Assembly: GCA_947628585.1 (NCBI GenBank)
Contig: CANRAL010000001.1
Span: 3,154 to 67,153, forward strand
DNA length: 64,000 bases
Direction of reading: 5' to 3'
Origin: an uncultured Bacilli bacterium
GTDB lineage: Bacteria > Bacillota_I > Bacilli_A > RF39 > UBA660
A program made the translations under genes and the position numbers. Below, one piece after another: positions 18,355-26,619 of this stretch. The first letter of the stretch is position 1, and the number at the start of each line of letters is the position of its first letter. The notes under the pieces are model-generated. The model was not told the origin of the DNA, searched no databases, and saw only the letters and a program-made list of their open reading frames with translations.

Positions 18355-18981
18355 ATGAGTAACTTTGTTGATAAAGATGGTTATTATTTAAATAAATGTG
18401 GAATGTGTTATAATTACCCAATTGATGATATTAGTAAAGCAACTCCTCGAGGATATGTTTGTTCTAAATATCATACAGGTTGGCTTGGGGGAACTATAGG
18501 AATGGCTTTTGAAGATTCTTGTAATAGTCAAAGAAATGTAAGAGATAGACGGCATAAAGATATAAAAAAAGCATACGAAAATTTAATTCGTAAGTGTGGA
18601 CGTTATGAAGGAAAAAGCTATTGGAGTTATATTATGACTGCGATAAATAATATATTAGCAACTCCCCAAAGTCAAATGTATTATGAAATATTGGGTAAAT
18701 TTCGCGATGAATATATGCAAAATAATATAAAATATTGGCATTATTTAGTATCTTATGATATTTATGGTCGATTAATTGCTGAAGAACTATTAAATGATTC
18801 TTATGCTAAAGATATGGCTAATTATTTAATGAACGATTATTTAAATTATATTGTTAATTATATTTTAAATAATCAATATCAAGAAGCTATATTATTATAT
18901 GTAGAAATGGTTTGTTTCTTAAAAGAATTTTATAATATTAAATCTTTAGATGCAGATGAAAGAACAAGAAAATTAATGTAA
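18355..18981 (+). CDS. hypothetical protein with Cys-rich N-terminus
   Basis: AGGAG RBS. CGMCYNYP...CSKYH...C...C cluster followed by a Tyr/Asn-rich helical region. No family recognised. Confidence 0.6.
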   Translation: MSNFVDKDGYYLNKCGMCYNYPIDDISKATPRGYVCSKYHTGWLGGTIGMAFEDSCNSQRNVRDRRHKDIKKAYENLIRKCGRYEGKSYWSYIMTAINNILATPQSQMYYEILGKFRDEYMQNNIKYWHYLVSYDIYGRLIAEELLNDSYAKDMANYLMNDYLNYIVNYILNNQYQEAILLYVEMVCFLKEFYNIKSLDADERTRKLM

Positions 18982-19395
18982 TTTTTTACAAACTCCAGGA
19001 TCAGGATTATAAAAACAATGACTTTTATAGCGACCAGCTAAAGACTGATCATACCAAGTTTGTTTACAATCACTTCCCTTGGTTGGAGCATAAAACCATA
19101 AAGCGTTAGTTGCCGGATAGTAGTATTCACCTATTAAGATTCTTTTGGCTAATTGTTTCTCGGTAGTTGTAGCACTGCCATAAAATAAAGAATTTTGAGT
19201 ACCACTAAATTGATTTTTTTGATATATAACATCATATAAAGAATTAACATTTTTAAAAGTTAAACAGTCCGCGAGAACGCGATTTGCGACAACATTGCCA
19301 ACCATAAGCATTCCTAAATCACCATCGCCTAAAGCTTCGGCTCGCATTATTCTTGCTAATAAATCAAGATCATATTCTGTATAGTTAATAATCAT
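18973..19395 (-). CDS. SleB/CwlJ-type cell wall hydrolase domain protein
   Basis: LLARIMRAEALGDGDLGMLMVGNVVANRV...VIYQKNQFSG matches the Hydrolase_2 (spore cortex-lytic) domain pattern. Confidence 0.8.
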   Translation of the reverse strand: MIINYTEYDLDLLARIMRAEALGDGDLGMLMVGNVVANRVLADCLTFKNVNSLYDVIYQKNQFSGTQNSLFYGSATTTEKQLAKRILIGEYYYPATNALWFYAPTKGSDCKQTWYDQSLAGRYKSHCFYNPDPGVCKKLH

Positions 19396-19495
19396 AATCT
19401 CACCTAATTTATTTTATGTTTTTAGTGAAATTATGTAAACTTATAGTTTTTTTATTGGATAAATGATATAATATTTTTGTAAGTGAGTGATATAA

Positions 19496-19897
19496 ATGAA
19501 AAAAATAATAATAACTTGTTCACTTTTATTAAGTTTACTAATTTTAAGTGGATGGACAAATGAAGTTAAACCATTGACAACATCATCTCCCATTTTATTA
19601 TTAGATAGTGTAAATTGTACATCATTATTAGGCTCTCCTGGTGACAGTAATTATCCTGCTTATTGGATACAATTTGCTTTAAATGTAATGCGATATGTTG
19701 GTATCGCAGCCTTAGTAGTTTTAAGTACAATTGACTTTATTCAAGCAATAGTTAAACAAGATAATGATGCTTTAAATAAGGCTATTAAAACAACAGCCAA
19801 AAGATTTGTTTTCGCAGTTATTTTATTTTTCGTACCTCTTTTTGTAGAAACAATTATGAATTTGTTTGGAATATATGGCAATTGTCCAATTAATTAA
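19496..19897 (+). CDS. small secreted/membrane protein (signal peptide plus two TM helices)
   Basis: N-terminal MKKIIITCSLLLSLLILSG, then two hydrophobic helices. Vaguely TrbC/VirB2-like topology; family not recognised. Confidence 0.55.
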   Translation: MKKIIITCSLLLSLLILSGWTNEVKPLTTSSPILLLDSVNCTSLLGSPGDSNYPAYWIQFALNVMRYVGIAALVVLSTIDFIQAIVKQDNDALNKAIKTTAKRFVFAVILFFVPLFVETIMNLFGIYGNCPIN

Positions 19898-19926
19898 TTG
19901 CAAAAATAAAATATTACTGATATAAT
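19898..19926 (+). promoter_or_regulatory. sigmaA-type promoter for tRNA-Trp
   Basis: TTGCAA, 17 nt spacer, TATAAT. Confidence 0.6.
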
Positions 19927-19954
19927 AATAATGCTTTATAAAAGTAAAGCTTAT

Positions 19955-20028
19955 AGGGGATTAGTTAAATGGTATAATAGGAGTCTCCAAAACTTTAGTT
20001 GGGAGTTCGATTCTCTCATCCCCTGCCA
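19955..20028 (+). tRNA. tRNA-Trp (anticodon CCA), CCA encoded
   Basis: Acceptor AGGGGAT/ATCCCCT, anticodon stem GGAGT/ACTTT with loop CTCCAAA, T arm GGGAG-TTCGATT-CTCTC. Confidence 0.9.
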
Positions 20029-20038
20029 TAAAAAATGC

Positions 20039-20057
20039 CGGACTTATGTCCGTTTTT
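20039..20057 (+). terminator. rho-independent terminator after tRNA-Trp
   Basis: cggac / gtccg stem followed by ttttt. Confidence 0.6.
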
Positions 20058-20174
20058 ACATATTAGAAACGATTTTTTTAAATCAATATTAATTTATTAA
20101 TTTATTAAGTAAAAAATAACTATTGATTTTTATTTATGTTGTGGAATATAATAAACGAAAGGAGGTTTAGGATA

Positions 20175-20795
20175 ATGAATCAAAAATTATATATGATTGT
20201 AACTTATGATTATAAATATAGACCAGAATTTTTTTATAATGTAGATGATTTAAAAAATTGGTTTTTAACTCATATTGGTAGGGAAATACCTGAAATATAC
20301 GTTTTAGAATATATAGGTGAATTTAATGGTGTAAGTGATGTAATTAAGTTAAGCGTTTTAAGCCAAGAATATAGTTATTATATTACGGCAGTTAATAAAA
20401 AATTACTTATTGAATACAAAGAAGAAAAAAATTTATGGCAAAATATTAATCATATTTCTCAATCTAGTCCTTTTTATTACCCTAATCAAATTTATAATGC
20501 TTTGCAAGGCATGGGCATTAATTTAAATAATGTTTATGAAAATGAAAGTGACAGAATTAGCGAGTTTGATGTTGTAAATGAAAGTGGATTTTGTGCTATG
20601 AAAAATGATATTATTAAAGAATTAAATAAATTAACAGGCCCTAATGGATTTATATCAGCTAAAACTTCAAAAGAAAAGAAACATCTCAAAGCACTAAATG
20701 ATAGACTAAAATATATGGAAAATGAACAACAAAAATTAAAATTAGTAAGAACCAAACCTTTAATACATTTTCCTGATTATACCCGCTATTTTTAA
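20175..20795 (+). CDS. hypothetical protein
   Basis: ORF 20136..20795. ATG 20175 is preceded by AGGAGG. No recognisable motifs. Confidence 0.6.
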   Translation: MNQKLYMIVTYDYKYRPEFFYNVDDLKNWFLTHIGREIPEIYVLEYIGEFNGVSDVIKLSVLSQEYSYYITAVNKKLLIEYKEEKNLWQNINHISQSSPFYYPNQIYNALQGMGINLNNVYENESDRISEFDVVNESGFCAMKNDIIKELNKLTGPNGFISAKTSKEKKHLKALNDRLKYMENEQQKLKLVRTKPLIHFPDYTRYF

Positions 20796-21165
20796 TTAGA
20801 AACTCTAAAACATTGCTGTAAAGATTATATTATTAAGCAATATGAATAAAGATGCAGATAACATTAGACCTATATTTGTAGAACAAGAATCTCTTACATA
20901 AAAGTAAGGGATTTTTTCAAATTGGGTAAATTTTATTGTAAGTAGCAATAGCTTTAGTATAATATGTATGTAATGTTATTTGAAATTTAAGAGTTATTTA
21001 CTATATTTTAATAGTAAAGGTTGGATATAAGTTTAACTGATAGTTTGCATACCAAACAAGTAAAAAAACTGTCACAAAAACTGCCAATTCTGCCATTATA
21101 AAAGAAGATATATCAAGAAATAACAAAAAGATAAAAACTTGATATGCCTTGTTTTATGGTGGTTG

Positions 21166-21237
21166 GGGGCGATTGAGGGTTGTTATTTATGAACTCCAAA
21201 ACCTTAGTTGAAGGTTCGATTATTCTATGCCCTGTCA
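21166..21237 (+). pseudogene. decayed tRNA-Trp copy / att-like repeat of the tRNA-Trp 3' half
   Basis: 21194..21237 matches tRNA-Trp 19985..20028 at 34 of 44 positions (my count), including the CTCCAAA anticodon loop and TTCGATT T loop. Stems no longer pair and the 3' end is TCA, not CCA. Confidence 0.7.
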
Positions 21238-21255
21238 AAACGTTTATAATATATT

Positions 21256-21282
21256 ATCTAGTAACTGTTACTAGATATTTTT
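21256..21282 (+). terminator. hairpin terminator after the pseudo-tRNA
   Basis: atctagtaac / gttactagat 10-bp arms with a 1-nt loop, followed by attttt. Confidence 0.6.
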
Positions 21283-21331
21283 ACTTGTACAAAATTTCTC
21301 TTTGGAATTATAATAAGTTAGAGGTAATTTT

Positions 21332-22012
21332 ATGGAGAATGTTTTAAGAAAATTTATAGAAAGAAAGCGTAATTTATTAGTTCCTATTAATGGAGATAAT
21401 GATTATAAATATAAAATTTATAATGAAATAAGTCTTCAACATGAATTGGGTAATTTTTTAGAGGATGAAGGCTATGAAGTTTTTTATGAAAAAAATATGT
21501 ATAAATGCCAACAAGAAGATGCAAAAAAGAAAGATGAGGAAGATGATTGGGTAAAAAAAGAAGCAGATATCGTTGCTATAGATAGGAAGACTTCTAGAAA
21601 ATATGTTATAGAGTTAAAATTTGCTCAATCAAAAAACGGACAAATCCCAGAAGAAATGTATCAATTTGTAAAAGATATTTGTTTTATGGAACAAGTATTA
21701 GAAAAGAAAAAAGAATATACTGCTACTTTTAATTTAATCATAGTAAATGACAGGAAATATTTTTCACTCGATTATCATAAAAGGGATAAATATTATGGCA
21801 TTTTTAGAAATGATAAGGAAGAGGTTAAAATTCCTAAAAGTTTAGAAAATGGTGTTTATTCTAGACCGACTGGCAAAGAAAGTGGTAGAGAATTTTGTCT
21901 TAATAAATCGTATGATGAAAAGTGGGAGCGTATTTTTAATAACTGTAAGGAATATGAAAATTATAGATATTTATTAATTAGTCATTATTCGAAATCAAAA
22001 ACACAAAAATAG
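21332..22012 (+). CDS. hypothetical protein, possible PD-(D/E)xK nuclease fold
   Basis: EADIVAID...YVIELKF gives a D...E-x-K arrangement after an N-terminal acidic helix (QHELGNFLEDEG). Own terminator at 21998..22022. Confidence 0.4.
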   Translation: MENVLRKFIERKRNLLVPINGDNDYKYKIYNEISLQHELGNFLEDEGYEVFYEKNMYKCQQEDAKKKDEEDDWVKKEADIVAIDRKTSRKYVIELKFAQSKNGQIPEEMYQFVKDICFMEQVLEKKKEYTATFNLIIVNDRKYFSLDYHKRDKYYGIFRNDKEEVKIPKSLENGVYSRPTGKESGREFCLNKSYDEKWERIFNNCKEYENYRYLLISHYSKSKTQK

Positions 22013-22022
22013 TGTTTTTTTT
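21998..22022 (+). terminator. rho-independent terminator
   Basis: aaaacac / gtgtttt stem followed by a T-run, overlapping the stop codon. Confidence 0.6.
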
Positions 22023-22088
22023 AAACTCTACTTTTGAGGGGTGTCAATATGTTAATAAATAGGTTAATATATAAGAAGAGGTGTTAAT

Positions 22089-22703
22089 ATGGATCTTGAA
22101 AAAATAGGAAAATATATTGCTAAATGTCGTAAGAAAATTAATTTAACTCAAGAGCAACTTGCAGATTTAATGAATGTAAGTGTTAAATCTATAAGTAAAT
22201 GGGAATGCGGAATGTGTTTGCCTGATATTAGTAAAATGCAGGATTTATGTTATTTTTTAAAAACTAATTTATTTAATCTACTAAACGGGGAAGACTCTGA
22301 ATTCAAATTTTTTATAAAAAAAGTTGGGGGAATAGCTATTCAAGATAAAAATCATTATAAAAGATATCAAGTCAAATATTCTAAGTTAGATTCTCAAAAA
22401 GTAAAAAAGCTTAAAGATATTAAAGAAAATCAAAAAAAACATATTATTCAAGTTAAAATTATGGGATTCGATATTGAAGAAAAAGATGGTTTTACTCATG
22501 GCACACTATATGGGACGGATGGTTCAATGGAGGTCATATTAACTTTAAATGACAATGGAGAATATCAAAGTAGAAAGGTTATTGATAATATAAAAATTGG
22601 TGAAGAATATTTATGCAAAGGCTTTATTTTTGATATTTTTCCTAAATGTTCTATTCCAAAAAATATGATAGTGGAAGAAATAGAAAAAGTAATAGTGAAA
22701 TAA
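22089..22703 (+). CDS. XRE-family HTH regulator fused to a PolC-type OB-fold-like C-terminal domain
   Basis: N-terminus LTQEQLADLMNVSVKSISKWECG is a classic XRE HTH. The C-terminus IQVKIMGFDIEEKDGFTHGTLYGTDGSMEVILTL...IKIGEEYLCKGFIFD follows the PolC OB-domain pattern. Confidence 0.6.
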   Translation: MDLEKIGKYIAKCRKKINLTQEQLADLMNVSVKSISKWECGMCLPDISKMQDLCYFLKTNLFNLLNGEDSEFKFFIKKVGGIAIQDKNHYKRYQVKYSKLDSQKVKKLKDIKENQKKHIIQVKIMGFDIEEKDGFTHGTLYGTDGSMEVILTLNDNGEYQSRKVIDNIKIGEEYLCKGFIFDIFPKCSIPKNMIVEEIEKVIVK

Positions 22704-22733
22704 ACAATAAATCAAAAAACTAGGAGAAATATA

Positions 22734-23765
22734 ATGTATGAATATTTAAATACTATAGCAAAGGAATATCTTACAAAAGAATTGCAAAGAAATTTTTTTA
22801 AAAAATTTGATTTAAAGAATCTATTTAGAAGATGTGAAAAAGAAATAGATATTCTTTATGAGAGAAATTTACTTTTTGTTGTTGAATACTTATATAAATT
22901 TAAAAAAGAAAATAAAAATGTTAAGTATCATTTTAGAGGTACTATAAATAATCTATTACTTTTATATGTATTAGATATAAGTTATGTTAATCCTTTAGAA
23001 TATAACTTACCTTATGAGTTATTTAATGATAAAACTATTAATGTTGATATAATTAATGAACCTAGTATTCTTTTTGTTAATTATTTAAATCGCCAAGCAG
23101 ATAATTTTAAAATAGTCTATGGTTTTTTTGAAAAAGAAGATTTAAAAGAAGTTAATGAATTGTTAGAAAACCATTATTTATTATTGCCATGTAGTTGCCT
23201 AGATAATAATATGTTGTTAAGATTTAATGATTTAGATATATTAGAAACTATCGATGATTATAGAAGCTATAAAAATAAATATATGACCATAAGAATAGAT
23301 GAAAAAAATAAAATAAGATGTGATAATAGATGTCTTGATAATGTATTTACTAATGATTTTGAAAAAGACATAGCTAAAATTTTAAAACCTAAAACTATAG
23401 ATGATTATATAAAAATTAAAAGTATTGCTCATAGTACGGATGTATGGAATAATAATCAAAATAAGTTAGTTAAAGAAAAAAAGATAAATTTAAATAATTT
23501 AATTGCAACACGTGAAGATATATTGGAGTACCTATTAAATCATAAAATTGAAAGAAAAATAGCCTTAGAAATCGTAGCATTTATTAGTTTAGGGAAAAAG
23601 AAAAAAGAGCCTAATAAATGGGATGAATATGTTAAGGTAATGAAAGAACATAATTGTGATGATATGTTTATAGATATATTTTCAAAAATATTATTCATTT
23701 TTGGTAGAGGTCAAGCAATAAGTGAGTGTTTATATGTTTTAGATAAAGATAATTATTGTATATAA
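22734..23765 (+). CDS. mini-PolC-like protein 1 (C-family polymerase palm/fingers remnant, catalytic motif degenerate)
   Basis: Colinear with PolC motifs: FRGTINNLLLLYVLDISYVNPL, KPKTIDDYIKIKSIAHSTDVWNNNQ, TREDILEYLL, KILFIFGRGQAISECLYVL. INVDIIN (23037..23051) replaces PDIDLNF. Confidence 0.6.
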   Translation: MYEYLNTIAKEYLTKELQRNFFKKFDLKNLFRRCEKEIDILYERNLLFVVEYLYKFKKENKNVKYHFRGTINNLLLLYVLDISYVNPLEYNLPYELFNDKTINVDIINEPSILFVNYLNRQADNFKIVYGFFEKEDLKEVNELLENHYLLLPCSCLDNNMLLRFNDLDILETIDDYRSYKNKYMTIRIDEKNKIRCDNRCLDNVFTNDFEKDIAKILKPKTIDDYIKIKSIAHSTDVWNNNQNKLVKEKKINLNNLIATREDILEYLLNHKIERKIALEIVAFISLGKKKKEPNKWDEYVKVMKEHNCDDMFIDIFSKILFIFGRGQAISECLYVLDKDNYCI

Positions 23766-23788
23766 AAATTATCATAGGAGGATAAAAA

Positions 23789-24427
23789 ATGAAATATGAA
23801 AACTGCATATGTGATTTAAAGAATAAGGGACTAATAATTTTAGCGGGTTGTCCTAGTACGGGAAAAACAACATTATCTTTAAGTATAGCAAATTTTATAT
23901 CTAAACAAACTGATGGTAAAATATTGTTTTTTTCTTTAGAGGAAAGTAAAGAAAAATTAGAAAATAGAGTAATTAATGATAACATTAAAATTTTAGATAA
24001 GCCAAATATAGATATAAACTATATAAAAAATAAGTGTAAAGAAAATGAAAGAAATTTAAAATTAGTTATAATAGATTATTTTCAATTAATTGATACATCT
24101 GTAAATAATATCAAGAGAACTATAGATGAACTTAATTTAATAAGTGAACAATATAATATTCCTATAATTATAACTTTACAATTATCTAAAACCTCATTAA
24201 ATAAAAAAACTACATTAAAAGATTTTAATAATAAATATCTAATAGATAAAGCCACAAAAGTAATTGCTTTATCTAAAGATAATGAAGATATTAGACAAAT
24301 AAGTATAATAAATTTAAATTTTATTAAAGGAGAAGATAATATTAATTTTATGGTTATTATGAGTAATTATCAATTATGTGAATTTAAGATAGTTGAGTTA
24401 AATTTTAAAAATGAAAAAGATAAATAA
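23789..24427 (+). CDS. DnaB C-terminal (RecA-like) domain-only ATPase
   Basis: Walker A GCPSTGKTT (23846..23872), FFSLEES, Walker B LVIIDYFQLI and IPIIITLQLSK mirror the DnaB_C motifs. No N-terminal DnaB domain. Confidence 0.7.
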   Translation: MKYENCICDLKNKGLIILAGCPSTGKTTLSLSIANFISKQTDGKILFFSLEESKEKLENRVINDNIKILDKPNIDINYIKNKCKENERNLKLVIIDYFQLIDTSVNNIKRTIDELNLISEQYNIPIIITLQLSKTSLNKKTTLKDFNNKYLIDKATKVIALSKDNEDIRQISIINLNFIKGEDNINFMVIMSNYQLCEFKIVELNFKNEKDK

Positions 24428-25076
24428 TTTATTTAAAGCAACAATTACTTTTGAAAATGATAGTTATATGAGTATAGTTTTATATTTAGTTTATAATGGT
24501 AAAGAAAAGTTAAAAAACTTAGTTCCTCAAATAAAATTTGATACTTGGGAAGATAGAGATTTTTTAACTGTTGACATAAAAAATATTAAAATTTTAGAGA
24601 AATTGGAAAAATTAACTGAAATGGATAAATTATATATAAATGATGTTTTGGAATATGTAAAAACCCATCAAAAACTATTATTAGATTATTGGAATGCTGA
24701 TATACCAGAATTTGAAGCAAAACAAATATTTTTTGAAGAAACAAATGATTATTTTGGTTTTACTAATTTAAGTAAAAGAAAATCTGGTTTACCTATGAAT
24801 TTAGTTTTTTATTGTTCATATCTACTTGATAGAGATAATATATTATTTTTTCAAAATGATTATGGAAAACTTAATTATAATAATATGATTATGATGAGTG
24901 TTGATAAATATAATCCCCAACTATTAGTAGATAGGAAAATAAATATAAAAGAAGAAGATATGATATTATTAAAAAATTTTATCAAAAAACATTATAAAAC
25001 AATAACATATTATAATAACGATAAAATATATGATGCTGAAATATTTGATTTAATTGATGAAAGTTTAAATAATTAA
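24411..25076 (+). CDS. hypothetical protein
   Basis: Overlaps the upstream gene by 17 nt. Contains an LLLDYWN module that recurs in the 26620 gene. Confidence 0.55.
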   Translation: MKKINNLFKATITFENDSYMSIVLYLVYNGKEKLKNLVPQIKFDTWEDRDFLTVDIKNIKILEKLEKLTEMDKLYINDVLEYVKTHQKLLLDYWNADIPEFEAKQIFFEETNDYFGFTNLSKRKSGLPMNLVFYCSYLLDRDNILFFQNDYGKLNYNNMIMMSVDKYNPQLLVDRKINIKEEDMILLKNFIKKHYKTITYYNNDKIYDAEIFDLIDESLNN

Positions 25077-25102
25077 TAAAATATTAATTGGAGTTGATAC
25101 AA

Positions 25103-25579
25103 ATGTTTTTTAGAAAAATACAACAAAAAAGATATAATAAATATTTATTAAATGAGTTGCAAAGAAAATTAGATGATTCTATGGACAACTTGATCATTCA
25201 TTTACTTTTATGTTTAATACTACAAAACTCTACTAATAATTTAAGCCATTGGGAAGGCGAAGTATATTCTAGTTTATATAGGGTTCCTAAGCTTAAAGGT
25301 AAAAATAAATATCCAACTGAGAAAGTGCTTTATAGTATGACTTTAGATAGATTCGGAGATGTGTTATCTATTTGGGTTATAACCTATATAGATCAAATAA
25401 ATAATAAAGAAAATGTTAATATAACTAATTATGATGGTTCTTTATTAACTAATTATATAATTGACTACTATAAATGGTTAATTTCCATTTTAGCCAAAGA
25501 ATATTTTGTTACATATGATGAAGTAAGTAAGAAAATAAAAGAATTAATTGATGACTATAATAAAAATATAAAAAGTTAG
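25103..25579 (+). CDS. hypothetical protein
   Basis: ORF 25088..25579. ATG 25103 follows GGAG. No confident family. Confidence 0.55.
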   Translation: MFFRKIQQKRYNKYLLNELQRKLDDSMDNLIIHLLLCLILQNSTNNLSHWEGEVYSSLYRVPKLKGKNKYPTEKVLYSMTLDRFGDVLSIWVITYIDQINNKENVNITNYDGSLLTNYIIDYYKWLISILAKEYFVTYDEVSKKIKELIDDYNKNIKS

Positions 25580-25588
25580 GTGTTAATA

Positions 25589-26608
25589 ATGTATAATGAA
25601 TTAAATTTTGATTCTAAAAATTATTTATTAAAAGAATTAAATAAGATTTTTTATAAAAAATATAATGATAAAAATTTATTAAAAAGATGCTATTCTGAAA
25701 TAAATTTATTATATGAAAATGATGTTTTATTTATTATAGAATATCTATATAAATTTAAAAAAGAAAAGAAAGATGTTTCATATTATTTTAAGGGTATGAT
25801 TAACAACTTATTTGTTTTATATGTTTTAGGGTTAAATGTAGTTAATCCAATTAAATATAATTTATCTTATGAACTTTATTTTGATGAAACATTAGATGTA
25901 TATTTAAATAACTTTGATACTTATGATTTTATAAATTACTTAATTAAAAATAATAATGGGTTTCATATAGTAAAAGGAAAAACTAATCCCGGAATAAACG
26001 AAGATAATAATTATTTATTAATCCCTTATGGTTGTAAAGATGATGAAATACTATTTAAATTTAACCATGAATCTATTATGGAAATTGTAGAGGATTATAA
26101 TAAATATAAATTTACTTATTTAACTATTAAATTATCTAATAAATATTTTTTAAGCGGTTATGATAAGGTAGATTTAATAAATTGTATAAATACCCAAGAT
26201 GAAATAAAAATATTTGATACCATTAAACCTAAATCACTAGAAGATTATATTAAAGTTAAAAATATCGCTCATAGTGTAAAATGTTGGAAAAATAATCAAG
26301 ATATTTTATTTAATAGTAATAAATTAAATATTAATAATTTAATAACAAGTCGAGATGATATCTATGATTATTTAATTAAACACAATATAGATAAAGTTGT
26401 AGCAATAGATATAATCAAAATTATATGTAGGCATAATGCTAAAACATCTTATATTTGGAAAGAATACTTAAAAATAATGAAAGATAATAGTTGTGAAGAA
26501 GTATTTATTAAAGTAATCACTAACTTAATATCTATCCATGGTCGTGGTGAAGCAATAAGTGAGTGTTTATTTGTGTTAGATAAAAACAATTATTTAGGTA
26601 TCAATTGA
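25589..26608 (+). CDS. mini-PolC-like protein 2 (paralog of 22734..23765, more degenerate)
   Basis: ORF 25580..26608. ATG 25589 follows AGGTG and gives an MY.. start like copy 1. FKGMINNLFVLYVLGLNVVNPI, KPKSLEDYIKVKNIAHSVKCWKNNQ, SRDDIYDYLI, ISIHGRGEAISECLFVL. The catalytic-motif position reads TLDVYLN. Confidence 0.6.
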   Translation: MYNELNFDSKNYLLKELNKIFYKKYNDKNLLKRCYSEINLLYENDVLFIIEYLYKFKKEKKDVSYYFKGMINNLFVLYVLGLNVVNPIKYNLSYELYFDETLDVYLNNFDTYDFINYLIKNNNGFHIVKGKTNPGINEDNNYLLIPYGCKDDEILFKFNHESIMEIVEDYNKYKFTYLTIKLSNKYFLSGYDKVDLINCINTQDEIKIFDTIKPKSLEDYIKVKNIAHSVKCWKNNQDILFNSNKLNINNLITSRDDIYDYLIKHNIDKVVAIDIIKIICRHNAKTSYIWKEYLKIMKDNSCEEVFIKVITNLISIHGRGEAISECLFVLDKNNYLGIN

Positions 26609-26619
26609 GGAAAATTAAA

